Assembly: GCA_035515475.1 (NCBI GenBank)
Contig: DATJBF010000005.1
Location: 41,420-105,419, forward strand
DNA from: Verrucomicrobiia bacterium
Lineage (GTDB): Bacteria; Verrucomicrobiota; Verrucomicrobiia; Palsa-1439
Direction: 5' to 3'
Length of the DNA: 64,000 nucleotides
Under the pieces are notes generated by a model. That model ran no database searches, was not told the DNA's origin, and worked only from the letters and a program-made list of their open reading frames with translations. Position 1 is the first letter of the stretch, and each line of letters starts with the position of its first letter. The translations under genes and the position numbers were made by a program. Positions 10,617-21,338 of the stretch are shown here, piece after piece.

Positions 10617-11414
10617 ATGCATCGAATCAAATTGTATATCGCAGCAACGTTCGTGGTCACAGGACTACTGGCGGGCGTCGTTACCGGCCGGGCCGACGGC
10701 GTGCCCGCCGCTTCAGCGCCGCCCGACAGCGACGTGGTCAAGGATTGGCATGGGAGCATCGCGTTGGGTTTGTCGGTCACGCAGGGCAACAGCAAGACGC
10801 TCACGGGCAACGGGGCGTTTGACCTGGCGAAATTTTGGAAGATGGACGAGTGGCGGCTTGGTGCCGACGGCCAGTACGGAGTGAACAACTTCGGGTCGAG
10901 AACCAACGAGGTGACCAACGCCGAGAACATTCACGGATTCGCGGACTACAAACACTTGTTTACCGAGCGATGGTACGGCAGCGGACGCGTCGACGCCTGG
11001 CACGACGATGTGGCCGATTTGCAGAACCGGGAAGTCGTCGGTCCGGCCGTCGGTTACTTTTTCATCAAGAGCGATGCCTCCCGCCTCCACGGCGAAGTCG
11101 GCGCCGACTACGAACACCAGCGTCAGGGAGGCGACGACAGCAACTTCTTCACTCTCCATCTCAATGAGCGCGCCGAGCACAACTGGGGCAAACAGGCGAA
11201 AGTCTGGGAAGAAGTCACCTACCTGCCCAAGGTGGATGACTTCAGCACCTATCTGCTCATCAGCGAACTGGGCGCGGAAGCATCCATGACCGCTCAATTC
11301 AACCTGCGCATCGTGTTCCAGGATCGCTATAACAGCGACCCGGCCCCAGGCCGGGTCCCCAACGATCTGGCGATTTTGGCGTCACTGGTTTATAAGTTCG
11401 GACCGGCAGAATAG
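10617..11414 (+). CDS. DUF481 (YdiY-like) outer-membrane beta-barrel protein
   Basis: Signal peptide; WHGSIALGLSVTQGNSKTLTGNGAFDLAKFWKMDEWRLGADGQY pattern and alternating-hydrophobic strands typical of DUF481; C-terminal aromatic-rich end (LVYKF...). Confidence 0.6.
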   Translation: MHRIKLYIAATFVVTGLLAGVVTGRADGVPAASAPPDSDVVKDWHGSIALGLSVTQGNSKTLTGNGAFDLAKFWKMDEWRLGADGQYGVNNFGSRTNEVTNAENIHGFADYKHLFTERWYGSGRVDAWHDDVADLQNREVVGPAVGYFFIKSDASRLHGEVGADYEHQRQGGDDSNFFTLHLNERAEHNWGKQAKVWEEVTYLPKVDDFSTYLLISELGAEASMTAQFNLRIVFQDRYNSDPAPGRVPNDLAILASLVYKFGPAE

Positions 11415-11443
11415 AAACCATCGGAATAAGTTAGGAGGCCACG

Positions 11444-11872
11444 ATGAGAATCATTCGATTGCTCGCCGTCATCACCTTGTGCACCGGATTGCTGAGCGCT
11501 TGCAGCAAGCAGGAACGCGCGCCCGCGGCACGGTCCGCTCCGCCGTCCGCCGTCGAAGCGCCCCAGACCGCCCCCGAAGTCCAGAAGCAGGCTGAAGCGG
11601 CCAAACCGGCAGCGGAACAAGCCGCCCAATCGGCCGCGTCGACTGCGGACAGCATGATCGACAAGGCCAAAGCGCTCGTTGCCAGCAGCAAGTACTCAGA
11701 AGCGATGGATGTGTTGAACAAACTGTCCGCGATGAAGCTCACGCCCGAGCAGCAGGAGATGGTGAACGACCTGATGGCCCAGGTGAAGCAGGCGATGGCC
11801 GGCACCGCGGCTACGGAGGCAACCCAGAAAGCCAAGAACGCGGTTGGCGGCATGCTGGGCGGCAGCCAGTAG
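11444..11872 (+). CDS. Ala/Gln-rich lipoprotein, hypothetical
   Basis: Signal peptide with lipobox-like LLSAC; low-complexity A/Q/E-rich body; RBS AGGAGG upstream. Confidence 0.5.
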   Translation: MRIIRLLAVITLCTGLLSACSKQERAPAARSAPPSAVEAPQTAPEVQKQAEAAKPAAEQAAQSAASTADSMIDKAKALVASSKYSEAMDVLNKLSAMKLTPEQQEMVNDLMAQVKQAMAGTAATEATQKAKNAVGGMLGGSQ

Positions 11873-11919
11873 ACTGGTCTCAAACCCCGCAACCCGATTC
11901 ACCCGAGAGGAGAAACGCC

Positions 11920-12366
11920 ATGGGAATGATCAAGGAATTCAAAGAGTTTGCCATGCGGGGCAATGTCGTCGACATGGCCGTCGGCATCATCATCGGCGGC
12001 GCGTTCGGCAAGATCGTAACGTCGATGGTCAACGACGTGCTGATGCCGCCCATCGGGGTGCTGTTGGGTGGTGTCGATTTCGCCAGCCTGGCGATCAAAG
12101 TCAAAGACGCCACGGTGGACGCCGCCGGCAAAACGACGCCGGCCGTGATCATCAGCTACGGGAAGTTCATCAACACAGTGCTCGACTTCGTCATTGTCGC
12201 GTTTTGCATATTCATCGTGATCAAGGCCATGAACGCGATGAAACACAGGCTGGAGCACGCGCCGGCGGCGCCTTCCGCGCCGACGACGAAGGAATGTCCC
12301 CGGTGTTTCTCGACCATCCCGATCAGGGCCACCCGTTGCCCGCAGTGTACGTCGGATATCAAGTGA
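11920..12366 (+). CDS. mscL: large-conductance mechanosensitive channel MscL with C-terminal zinc-ribbon extension
   Basis: [31 protein letters not shown]...MPPIG is near-identical to E. coli MscL TM1. Two TM helices; extra C-terminal CPRC-x12-CPQC. Confidence 0.9.
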   Translation: MGMIKEFKEFAMRGNVVDMAVGIIIGGAFGKIVTSMVNDVLMPPIGVLLGGVDFASLAIKVKDATVDAAGKTTPAVIISYGKFINTVLDFVIVAFCIFIVIKAMNAMKHRLEHAPAAPSAPTTKECPRCFSTIPIRATRCPQCTSDIK

Positions 12367-12523
12367 GCCGGTTGCAGCCGCGCTTTCGCGAGGCGCGGTG
12401 GTGGCAGTTCGGTGTGAACGGCCGGCGGTGGGTTTGCCGCCCCGGCCCGCCGGCTTGACCGCTGCCCGTGTTCGCCGCTAGTATGCGTCGCGGGCCACGA
12501 GCCGTCTGTCCCGGAAAGCATTC

Positions 12524-14491
12524 ATGTCGCAGACTGACATCACTTCGCTGCAAAGGGAAGGCCGCAAGTTCAAGCCGCCGGCCGCATTCGTCCGGCAAGC
12601 CCACATCCGATCGCTGGCCGAGTACCGCAGGCTATACCGGGAATCCCTGCGTACCCCCCGGAAGTTCTGGGCGCGCATGGCGAAGGAACTCCATTGGTTC
12701 AAGCCGTGGAAGAAGCTGCTCGAATGGCGTGAGCCGTTCGCCAAATGGTTCGTCGGCGGCCAGATCAATCTCAGTTACAACTGCCTCGACCGGCACCTCG
12801 CAGGGCCGCGGCGCAACAAAGCCGCCCTCATTTGGGAAGGCGAACCTGCCGGCTTCGGCAATCCCGGCGAGACCCGCGTGCTCACCTACACCGATCTGCA
12901 TCGCGAGACGTGTCGATTCGCCAACGTGCTGAAGCGGAACGGCATTGTCAAAGGCGACCGCATCATCATTTACATGCCGATGGTTCCCGAAGCGGCCATC
13001 GCCATGCTCGCGTGCGCCCGCATCGGCGCGACGCACTCGGTCGTGTTCGGCGGGTTCAGCGCCCAGGCGCTCATCGATCGCATCCATGATTGTCAGGCGA
13101 ACATGGTCATCACCGCCGACGGCGGGTTTCGGCGCGGGCAGATCGTTCACTTGAAGAAGAACGTGGACGAAGCACTCGAGCAATGCCCGAGCGTCCGGCG
13201 CGTCATTGTATTGCGGCGCACCCACAACGAGATTCACATCCAGGAAGGCCGCGACGTGTGGTGGCACCGTGAACTGGAGTACGTCGGTGCCGATTGTCCG
13301 GCGGAAAGACTCGATAGCGAACATCCGTTGTTCATTCTCTACACCAGCGGCAGCACGGGCAAACCGAAAGGCGTGTTGCACACCACGGCCGGCTACCTGC
13401 TCGGCGTGTATCTGACGACGAAATACGTGTTCGACCTGAAGGAAGACGACACGTACTGGTGCACCGCCGACATCGGCTGGGTTACGGGCCACAGTTATAC
13501 GGTGTACGGCGCGCTCGCCAACGGCGCGACCACCGTCCTGTACGAAGGCGCGCCCAACTGGCCCGAGCCGGACCGGTTCTGGCGCCTCGTTGACAAATAC
13601 AAAGTCACCATTTTCTACACGGCGCCGACCGCCATCCGGGCGTTCATGCGCTGGGGCGACGAATGGCCGCGCAAACACGACCTCCGTTCGCTGCGCCTGC
13701 TCGGCACCGTCGGCGAACCGATTAATCCCGAGGCGTGGATGTGGTATCACAACGTCATCGGCCGGAAACGCTGCCCGATCGTGGACACGTGGTGGCAGAC
13801 CGAAACGGGCGCGATCATGATTACGCCGCTGCCCGGCGCGACGCCGACCAAGCCCGGCAGCGGCACGTTACCCTTCTTTGGGGTCGACGCGGCGGTCGTC
13901 AACCGGGAAGGCAAGGAACTCCCACCCAACGTCGGCGGCTACCTCGTCATCCGGCGTCCGTGGCCGTCGATGCTGCGCACGATCTACGGCGACCCGGAAC
14001 GGTTCAAACACCAGTATTGGAGCGAGATCCCGCACGTGTATTTCACCGGCGACGGCAGCCGCCGCGATCCGGACGGCTATTTCTGGATCGTGGGTCGCAT
14101 CGACGACGTGCTCAACGTTGCCGGCCATCGCATCGGCACCGCGGAGGTCGAAAGCGCGCTCGTCTCCCACCCGAAAGTCGCCGAAGCCGCCGTGGTGGGC
14201 CGGTCCGACAGCTTGAAGGGCCAGGCGCTGGTCGCGTTCGTCACCCCGCGCAGCGGCGTGCAAGTCACGCCCGAATTGAAGGACGAACTACGCGACCACG
14301 TCGCCAAGCAGATCGGGTCGCTCGCCAAGCCCGACGACATCCGGTTCACCGACGCGTTGCCCAAGACGCGCTCGGGTAAAATCATGCGGCGACTGTTGAA
14401 AGAGATCGCTGCGGGTGGCGACGTCAAGGGCGACACCACCACGCTGGAAGATTTCTCCGTCATCGCCAAGCTGCGGGCGGAGGAAGAATAA
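12524..14491 (+). CDS. acs: acetyl-CoA synthetase (acetate--CoA ligase)
   Basis: 655 aa; AMP-binding motif [19 protein letters not shown], catalytic-Lys region [13 protein letters not shown]; full-length match to Acs architecture. Confidence 0.95.
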   Translation: MSQTDITSLQREGRKFKPPAAFVRQAHIRSLAEYRRLYRESLRTPRKFWARMAKELHWFKPWKKLLEWREPFAKWFVGGQINLSYNCLDRHLAGPRRNKAALIWEGEPAGFGNPGETRVLTYTDLHRETCRFANVLKRNGIVKGDRIIIYMPMVPEAAIAMLACARIGATHSVVFGGFSAQALIDRIHDCQANMVITADGGFRRGQIVHLKKNVDEALEQCPSVRRVIVLRRTHNEIHIQEGRDVWWHRELEYVGADCPAERLDSEHPLFILYTSGSTGKPKGVLHTTAGYLLGVYLTTKYVFDLKEDDTYWCTADIGWVTGHSYTVYGALANGATTVLYEGAPNWPEPDRFWRLVDKYKVTIFYTAPTAIRAFMRWGDEWPRKHDLRSLRLLGTVGEPINPEAWMWYHNVIGRKRCPIVDTWWQTETGAIMITPLPGATPTKPGSGTLPFFGVDAAVVNREGKELPPNVGGYLVIRRPWPSMLRTIYGDPERFKHQYWSEIPHVYFTGDGSRRDPDGYFWIVGRIDDVLNVAGHRIGTAEVESALVSHPKVAEAAVVGRSDSLKGQALVAFVTPRSGVQVTPELKDELRDHVAKQIGSLAKPDDIRFTDALPKTRSGKIMRRLLKEIAAGGDVKGDTTTLEDFSVIAKLRAEEE

Positions 14492-14577
14492 TCCCTTCAA
14501 CTCTCGCGCCGGGGTTTGCCGCCGGCAGCCGTTGGCTTCCGACGGCGCCGACGGGGGCCGTGGCGCGTTCTGCCGGG

Positions 14578-15357
14578 TCACTTGTTCTGCTCGTGGCTGG
14601 GGAGGGCTTTCTCGAGCGAGTTGAAGAATCCCTTGGTCGATTTCTCGAGTTCTTGAGAAGCGCCCTCCAACGCTTTGCCGGTCGAATCGGTCACGCCACT
14701 GAGGTTCTTCTTCAAGTCGTTGACGTTGACGCCGATATCGGGCAGACGCACCTGGCTCATCATGGTCATGAGCACCAAGCGGGTGATGTCGGTGGAATCC
14801 GTGATGTCTTTGTACGTGGCGTCGACGTTCAACGGGATGGTGCGCTCGGAAAGTTTGCCTTTGCTGTAATCCTCGATGGTTACCGTACCGATATGAATCC
14901 GCAGTTGGTCCACGCGATACGACGTCTTCTTGCCGGTCTCGGTCTTGGCGGAGTCGGATCCCGTGCCGCTGGAGGATGAGGTGACGCCTTTCAATCGTTG
15001 CACGTTGGATTCGCCCTTGGCGTTTTTGACGACGACAATCTGTTTGAGGTTCACCAGCATGTCGTTGATGTGCGGCGCGCCGGCCAGCATCGAGCCGAGC
15101 CGGTAATCCATGCGGAACTCCGGGAGATCGACGAACATCTTCTCTTCGAAGTCGGGCGGGTTCATCAATTTCAAGTTGCGTACGTCGAGCTTGCCATTGA
15201 GCAGGCCGACGTTGACGGAGCCGATTTCCAAGGGGAACCCCGTCAGTTTTTTGGTGCCCACCTCGACGGACAAGCGGGCGATGACGTTGCGCCCGAGGAT
15301 CAACACGACCGCCAGTACCAACAACCCGATGCCGAGCCACCGAAGGAATTTTTTCAT
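14578..15357 (-). CDS. hypothetical membrane-anchored protein
   Basis: 259 aa, N-terminal TM (LGIGLLVLAVVLILG), Ser/Thr/Lys-rich soluble domain; family not recognised. Confidence 0.5.
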   Translation of the reverse strand: MKKFLRWLGIGLLVLAVVLILGRNVIARLSVEVGTKKLTGFPLEIGSVNVGLLNGKLDVRNLKLMNPPDFEEKMFVDLPEFRMDYRLGSMLAGAPHINDMLVNLKQIVVVKNAKGESNVQRLKGVTSSSSGTGSDSAKTETGKKTSYRVDQLRIHIGTVTIEDYSKGKLSERTIPLNVDATYKDITDSTDITRLVLMTMMSQVRLPDIGVNVNDLKKNLSGVTDSTGKALEGASQELEKSTKGFFNSLEKALPSHEQNK

Positions 15358-15433
15358 GTTTTGCTTTTAGCCTCCATCCTCTGCACAATCAACCCGGAAG
15401 GCGTTTGGGTCAAATCGGGGCCACGAGATACCC

Positions 15434-16303
15434 ATGATTCGATTGGGGGCACACATGTCGATTGCCGGCGGGGTCGATCGCGCGTTGGAGCGCGGGGCGT
15501 CGATCGGCTGCGACACCATCCAGGTTTTTCTGAAGAGTAACCGGCAGTGGCGGGGAAAGAAGTTGACGGCGGCGGAAACGCAGCGGTTTCACGTACAGCA
15601 GCAGGCGACGAAGATCGCGCCGGTGTTCGCGCATGCGTGCTATCTCATCAATCTCGCGGCGGCAGCGGGACTCACGCGGCGCCGGTCCATCGCGGCGATG
15701 ATTGACGAGATCCAGCGGGCGACACAACTCGGCGTGCCGTTTATCGTGATGCACCCCGGCGCGCACCTGGGCGCGGGCGAGCGGCTGGGGTTGCGCCGCG
15801 TCGCGCGCAGCTTGGATGAGGTGTTCCGGGCGACGCGGAACAGCCCGGTGAAAATCGCGCTCGAGACGACGGCAGGGCAGGGGAGCAATCTCGGTTATCG
15901 GTTCGAGCATCTCGCGGAGATCATGGGGTCGGTCGCCGCCCCGGAGCGTGTGGCCGTCTGCATCGACACGTGTCATTTGTTGGCGGCGGGTTACGACATT
16001 CGCACGCCACAGGGTTATCGAGAAACGATGCGGAAGTTCGACCGGGTCGTCGGTTCGAACCACGTAGTCGGGGTCCACCTCAACGACTCGAAGGCGCCGC
16101 TCGGTTCGCGGGTTGACCGGCACGCGCACATCGGCCAAGGGCACATCGGGTTGTCGGGATTCCGCAGCGTGCTCGGCGACGGGCGCTGGCGCGGGTTGCC
16201 GATGGTACTCGAAACGCCGAAGAGCGACGATTTGCACGAAGACGTGGAAAACCTGCGGGTCCTGCGCCGGCTGTCTCGACAAAAAAGTCTCCCCCGTGGC
16301 TAG
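15434..16303 (+). CDS. nfo: endonuclease IV (deoxyribonuclease IV, AP endonuclease family 2)
   Basis: GAHMSIAGG, ETTAGQGSNLGYRFEHL, CIDTCHLLAAGYD and VHLNDSKAPLGSRVDRH motifs align with E. coli Nfo along the full length. Confidence 0.9.
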   Translation: MIRLGAHMSIAGGVDRALERGASIGCDTIQVFLKSNRQWRGKKLTAAETQRFHVQQQATKIAPVFAHACYLINLAAAAGLTRRRSIAAMIDEIQRATQLGVPFIVMHPGAHLGAGERLGLRRVARSLDEVFRATRNSPVKIALETTAGQGSNLGYRFEHLAEIMGSVAAPERVAVCIDTCHLLAAGYDIRTPQGYRETMRKFDRVVGSNHVVGVHLNDSKAPLGSRVDRHAHIGQGHIGLSGFRSVLGDGRWRGLPMVLETPKSDDLHEDVENLRVLRRLSRQKSLPRG

Positions 16304-16313
16304 GCGGGGGAGA
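16281..16313 (-). terminator. putative rho-independent terminator for htrA (hairpin plus U-tract on minus strand)
   Basis: Inverted repeat TCTCCCCCG-N8-CGGGGGAGA at 16288..16313, preceded on the plus strand by AAAAAAG (a T-run on the minus strand). It lies in the last codons of convergent nfo, just downstream of the htrA stop (16340). Confidence 0.45.
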
Positions 16314-16339
16314 CCCTTCGCGCGTGGAGGACGCCAATG

Positions 16340-17835
16340 TTACTTGGTGCCCTTCAGCACGACGAAAGTGGACGTGCCATCGCGTTGAACGTACAGTAAC
16401 CCGCCTTTGTCGCGGTCGATCTTGGCGATGGCGGCCCGGAAATCTTCAGCGGAACGAACGGGCGCGCGGTCGATCTCGGTAATCACGTCGCCGCGTTGCA
16501 ACCCCTTGTCCTGGGCAACGCTGCCGTCAGCAACGTCGGTGACGACGACGCCCGCGGTGCTGCCGATATTGAGGCGGTCCGCGAGCTCCTTCGTCAAGGA
16601 CTGGACCGTCAGACCGAACGCGCTTTCGGCCTTCGGTTTGCCGGTCTGCTGGTGGGACGCCAACTGGAGACGGTCCGGCATCTCGCCGGTTTGCAGCGCG
16701 ACCTGGATTTTCTTCCCGCCGCGCCAGACGTCGAGGACGACCTTCTGGCCGATTTGTTTGCGGAGAATCTGCTGCTGCAGTTCCTTCGGCGTCTTCACCG
16801 CCACGCCATCCACTGCGACGACGATGTCGGCCGGCTTCAGATCGCTGCTGGCGGCGGGCGTGTCGGCGTGGATTTCCTGCACGACGACGCCGTCCTTCAC
16901 GCCGTTGGCGAATTCGGCGAGTTCCTTGTTGTCGGACAGGGACTGGATGCCGATGCCGATCCACGGCCGGACGATCTTGCCCTTCTCGATCAGCTGGTCG
17001 GCAATCTCCCGGGCCATGTTGATGGGGATGGCGAACCCGATGCCACGATTCAGTCCGCGAATGGCCGTGTTGATGCCGATGACGCGGCCTTCGATGTCGC
17101 AAAGCGGTCCGCCCGAATTGCCGGGGTTGATGGACGCGTCGGTCTGGATGTAATCCTCGTAGGCGCTGCCGCTCTGGCTCCAGAGCGCGGACCGCCCTTT
17201 GGCGCTGACGAAACCGACGGTGAAACTGTAATCGAGTTCGTAGGGGGCGCCGATCGCGATGGCCCACTGGCCCACTTTGACTTCATCGCTGTTGCCGAGC
17301 TTGGCCGCCGTCAAATCCTTCGCGTCGATCTTGACCACGGCGATGTCGGTCCGGTCGTCCGCGCCGACGACTTTGCCGGAATACTCCGTGCCGTCTTCGA
17401 GATGCACGGTAATCGTGTCGGCGCCATCAACCACGTGCTGGTTGGTGAGAATATAGCCATCGCGACGAAAGATGATTCCCGAGCCCTGAGCGTCGATGTC
17501 GCGCGGATGCCCCGGCGGCAGTTGCCGGAAGAAAAACTCGAACGGTGTGCCCTTAAACTGCTGACCGTTGTCGTCGCCGTTATCGTCCTGTGATTCGACC
17601 GATACGCCAATCTTGCGCTCGGTCTTGATGACGACGACTGCAGGGCTGGCCTGATCGGCGACTCTCTCGAAAGCGCTTTCCAGGCGCCGGGCCAATTCGA
17701 GGTCGCTGTTCGATGCTTGAGACCGTGCCGTCGCCGCCGACAAGCAGACGGGAGAGAATGCCGTCAAACAGAAGGCCAGCCCGATGGTCCACCACCGGGC
17801 TGTTCGGAGACCGCCACGCGAAATTGACTTGTCCA
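16340..17835 (-). CDS. Do/HtrA-family periplasmic serine protease with PDZ domains
   Basis: Trypsin-like core with GNSGGPL and catalytic His/Asp context, followed by PDZ domains. Signal peptide after probable start MDKSISRGG (about 17835); the ORF-track start at 17968 is an extension. Confidence 0.9.
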
Positions 17836-18098
17836 TAAAATTCAACCCATTGACCCGGCTCGTACGGGTCCGTTCAAGATTGCCGACGCGACTGACCTGG
17901 GGCGCCATGCCACAGCGAATATGGACGAAAACGCGCGACTCGGCAAGTGCTGAGGAAGCGGTGGCCATACGTCCGTCTGTGGCGGCGCTTTGCGAGCGGC
18001 GAGGGTCGTCGGCGGCGTGGACGACCGGGACAGGCCCACCTCAAGCCTGCGTTGACAAGGCGGGCGATTCCGATAACCTTGGTTCGCGGGTCAATTCC

Positions 18099-19037
18099 AT
18101 GATTGCCACGGCTGAGACCACCGAACTTCAGGAACGCGTGCGCGAGCTGAAAACGCAGCGCAACGCCGTCGTCCTCGCGCACAACTACCAGGTGCCCGAG
18201 TTGCAGGACGTCGCCGATTTCGTTGGGGATTCGCTCGGCCTGTCGTTCAAGGCGAAGGAAACCGACGCCGCCGTGATCCTGTTCTGCGGTGTGCATTTCA
18301 TGGCCGAGACGGCAAAGATCGTCAACCCGAAGAAGACCGTGTTGCTGCCCGATCTCGAAGCGGGCTGTTCGCTGGCCGATTCCTGCGACGCGCGGTCGTT
18401 GGCCAGATGGAAGGAAGCGCATCCCGACGTCGTCATCGTCGCCTACATCAACTGCACCGCCGCCGTCAAAGCGCTCGTGGACATCATCTGCACGTCGAGC
18501 AACGCCGTCAAAGTGGTCGACTCGATCCCGGCCGACAAGAAGATCCTGTTCGTGCCCGACCAGAACCTCGGTCAATGGGTCGGGGCGCAGACGGGCCGGC
18601 AAATGATTTTGTGGCCGGGCGCGTGTTCGACTCACGTGCTGTTCACGCACAAAGCTCTCTTCCGGTTGAAACAGGAGTATTCCGACGCGAAGATCGTGGC
18701 GCATCCCGAGTGTCTGCCGGCAGTCCGCCTGATGGCCGACGAAGTGTGTTCGACCGAGAAAATGGTCGGCTATTGTCGGAACTCGGTCGCGCACGAGTTC
18801 ATCATTGCGACCGAGTCGGGCATGTTGCACCGGCTGAAGAAGGAATTGCCCGACAAAGTGTTCATTCCCGGTCCGACCGACACCTGCCACTGCAACGAGT
18901 GCAGTTTCATGAAAAAGAACACGCTGGAAAAAGCGGTGGCCGCGTTGGAGAATCTCGGGCCCGAGGTCACCCTCGACGAAGACACCCGCCGCCGCGCCCT
19001 CGTACCAATCGAACGAATGCTGGCGTTGGGAAAATAG
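18099..19037 (+). CDS. nadA: quinolinate synthase NadA
   Basis: VVLAHNYQVPELQDVADFVGDS, ILFCGVHFMAET and cysteine ligands for the [4Fe-4S] cluster. Probable start MIATAETTE at 18099 (313 aa); the ORF-track start at 17784 is an extension. Confidence 0.9.
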   Translation: MIATAETTELQERVRELKTQRNAVVLAHNYQVPELQDVADFVGDSLGLSFKAKETDAAVILFCGVHFMAETAKIVNPKKTVLLPDLEAGCSLADSCDARSLARWKEAHPDVVIVAYINCTAAVKALVDIICTSSNAVKVVDSIPADKKILFVPDQNLGQWVGAQTGRQMILWPGACSTHVLFTHKALFRLKQEYSDAKIVAHPECLPAVRLMADEVCSTEKMVGYCRNSVAHEFIIATESGMLHRLKKELPDKVFIPGPTDTCHCNECSFMKKNTLEKAVAALENLGPEVTLDEDTRRRALVPIERMLALGK

Positions 19038-19207
19038 CTGTCGGTGTTCGGCGATCGGCTTTCCGCCCGGAGATGTCATCCGAAGAACTGGACGATTCAG
19101 TCTGAAGCAGCTACAGTCTTAGCCTCGGGCAGAACCCACGACAACCGGCCGACGTCGTACGGCGTGGGCGGTGGACATTTTATGATGATCGGAAGGAGAA
19201 TCCGCAA

Positions 19208-19660
19208 ATGATAACCAGAAGAGACGTAGTGATCGCAGTTGTTGCCGCCTGTGCGACGCTGGCCGCCGTGGCCTTGGCCCAGTCGTCCGGCAAGACGGTG
19301 ATGAAATCGACGGTGTTCGACTGGAACGGCGTCAAGGCCGAGCCGACGAAGGTGGGGGCGCGGCGGCAATTCTTCGAGGCGCCCACCGCCACGCTCGACC
19401 AACTGTCGTGTCATGTCACCACGCTGAATCCGGGTGAGATGCCGCACGCGGGGCATCAGCATCCGGCGGAGGAATTGATCATCGTCAAGGAAGGGATGAT
19501 CGAAGCGGTACAGAACAGCGTGACGAATCGCGTCGGGCCGGGTTCGATCGTGTTCGAAGCATCGAACGAGTATCACAGCCTGCGGAATGTGGGGCAGACG
19601 CAGGCGAGTTACTACGTGATCAAATGGTTCTCTCCCGGGATGTTGAAGGACAAGAAGTAG
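19208..19660 (+). CDS. secreted cupin-domain protein
   Basis: Signal peptide; cupin motifs (HQHPAEELIIVKEG...VGPGSIVFEASNEYHSLRNVG). Confidence 0.6.
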   Translation: MITRRDVVIAVVAACATLAAVALAQSSGKTVMKSTVFDWNGVKAEPTKVGARRQFFEAPTATLDQLSCHVTTLNPGEMPHAGHQHPAEELIIVKEGMIEAVQNSVTNRVGPGSIVFEASNEYHSLRNVGQTQASYYVIKWFSPGMLKDKK

Positions 19661-19784
19661 GAATCGAACCTGTCGTTCAGGCGTAGGTTCGGCCGAAGCT
19701 CACGCTTCGGCTACAGGGCGCAAACAACTTCCAGCGCACCATTCGCAGGTCGCGCTGCGGCTAGGGTTTCTGAGCCGCCCGATG

Positions 19785-20264
19785 TTACGGGCTGATTTTC
19801 AGGCGTTCGAGATCTTCTTCGCCTTCCATGAGGACGCCCTGTTCCTTGTACGTTTTGAGCATGAAATGCGTGGCGGTGCCGGTGACGCCATCGATGGTGG
19901 CGAGTTTTTCGGCGACAAACTGGGCGACCTCGCGCAGAGAATGGCCCTCGGCAAAGATCAACAGGTCGTACGCCCCGCTCATGAGAAACAGCGAGGTGAC
20001 CTCGTCGAACTTGGCGATGCGCGTGGCGATGCGGTCGAACCCGCCTTCGCGTTCGGGCTGGATCTTCACTTCGATGGCGGCCTTGACGAGGTTGGTGTCG
20101 ATCTTGTCGTCGTTGATGACGGCTTTGTAGCCCAGGATGATCTTGTCGTCTTCGTACTGCTTGATGCGGCGTTCGACTTCGTCAGCGGGCAGGTCCAGCA
20201 TTTTCGCCAGATCGACGGGTGTTCGCAACGCGTGTTCTTCGAGGAGTTTGAGGAGCGGATCCAT
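19785..20264 (-). CDS. Lrp/AsnC-family transcriptional regulator
   Basis: N-terminal HTH (DPLLKLLEEHALRTPVDLAKMLDLPADEVERRIKQY) plus C-terminal RAM domain; probable start MDPLLK at 20264. Confidence 0.85.
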   Translation of the reverse strand: MDPLLKLLEEHALRTPVDLAKMLDLPADEVERRIKQYEDDKIILGYKAVINDDKIDTNLVKAAIEVKIQPEREGGFDRIATRIAKFDEVTSLFLMSGAYDLLIFAEGHSLREVAQFVAEKLATIDGVTGTATHFMLKTYKEQGVLMEGEEDLERLKISP

Positions 20265-20378
20265 GGGGACAGTGTAGGGTTCGCGGTTCAAAGTTCAAGG
20301 TTTATCCCCGGCCACGGGTCCCAAGTTCGCCGTTGCCGTCGGCCGATGGCGTGTGCTAGAGTGCGCGGGTCAGCCGGT

Positions 20379-20455
20379 CGGGACGTAGCGCAGTCTGGTA
20401 GCGCACTTGCATGGGGTGCAAGGGGTCGCGAGTTCGAATCTCGCCGTCCCGACCA
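20379..20455 (+). tRNA. tRNA-Pro (anticodon GGG)
   Basis: Cloverleaf folded by hand: acceptor CGGGACG/CGTCCCG, D-arm GCGC-AGTCTGGTA-GCGC, anticodon stem CTTGC/GCAAG with loop ATGGGGT (anticodon GGG), T-arm GCGAG-TTCGAATC-CTCGC, discriminator A, encoded CCA. Confidence 0.85.
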
Positions 20456-20470
20456 TCTACCGTCTTCGGC

Positions 20471-21265
20471 TCAGATCGTCAGGTACGCGGCAAAGAGCTC
20501 GCCGAACAGCACGCTGATCTCCATGACATAGAGCAATCCCGTTGCGGGCTGATTGGCTTTCCGTTGCACGCAGTCGAGGACCATGAATCCCAGCACCAGC
20601 GGCAAGGCGAGCCCCCACAGCAGCCGCATCAGGAAGAAGAACAGGTTGCCATGGATCGACCACAGCGACGGGATGAACGTGCGGGCGAGATTGGGGTCGT
20701 AATCTCTCAGGAGCACCACGGTGGCCAGCACGACCAGGCAGCGCAAGCCAACGGCTCCCAAAACGATCTGTGTGAACCGGAGCAGGTGCTCGAACGAGAG
20801 CCGGCGCATCAGGAGATACCAGTGGCCGAGGATCATGCCCACCGTCGCGGCCCCCAGCAGCAGGGCGCCGGACAATACGCTCGCGTCGAAAAACCCCGGT
20901 GCGGTGGTCACGATGCCCCGGGCGGCCAAGGTTTGTTCCGCCAATGGCAGTAATCCAAAGATGAAACCGACAAAGCCCGACGTAATGAGGAGCACGCGGC
21001 CAAGGTCCGGCCTGCTGAGCCGGAACGCTCCGTAAGCCGCCGTGGCACCGATGACCGTCAGGCCGAGGAACCGCACGGCCATCCAGTCCGACTGCAGGGA
21101 GATTTTCGCCAGCAGAAGTGCCGCGGCAGTCACCACCGCACTGAGCAGGCTGGTGAACGTGAAGAAGCTCGAACGGATTTCGCGGGGCGGTACCAGACAG
21201 AGCATCAGCAAGGTACCGATGCTCAGTTCGGTCAGGACAATGGAAAGGACCTGAATCAGTTTCAT
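20471..21265 (-). CDS. polytopic inner-membrane protein, hypothetical
   Basis: 264 aa with about 8 predicted TM helices; no recognisable motifs. Confidence 0.5.
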   Translation of the reverse strand: MKLIQVLSIVLTELSIGTLLMLCLVPPREIRSSFFTFTSLLSAVVTAAALLLAKISLQSDWMAVRFLGLTVIGATAAYGAFRLSRPDLGRVLLITSGFVGFIFGLLPLAEQTLAARGIVTTAPGFFDASVLSGALLLGAATVGMILGHWYLLMRRLSFEHLLRFTQIVLGAVGLRCLVVLATVVLLRDYDPNLARTFIPSLWSIHGNLFFFLMRLLWGLALPLVLGFMVLDCVQRKANQPATGLLYVMEISVLFGELFAAYLTI

Positions 21266-21338
21266 TCGTCAAGCAGCCTTGGTTGGCGCGGCGCTGGATA
21301 TCGTCCCCGGTGTCCCGTGGCCCACTGCACAGCGCACA

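Noticed and set aside
12632-13750. 372-aa ORF antisense to acs, plus several 60-214-aa ORFs in the same region
   Set aside because: Acs is unambiguous on the plus strand; the antisense frames carry no motifs.
20379-20455. tRNA-Pro as a possible genomic-island integration site
   Set aside because: No integrase, direct repeat of the tRNA 3' end or compositional shift was seen downstream; the flanking genes look native in GC.
19782-20531. 249-aa plus-strand ORF spanning the tRNA-Pro
   Set aside because: It overlaps the AsnC-family gene in antisense and reads straight through a well-folded tRNA; spurious.
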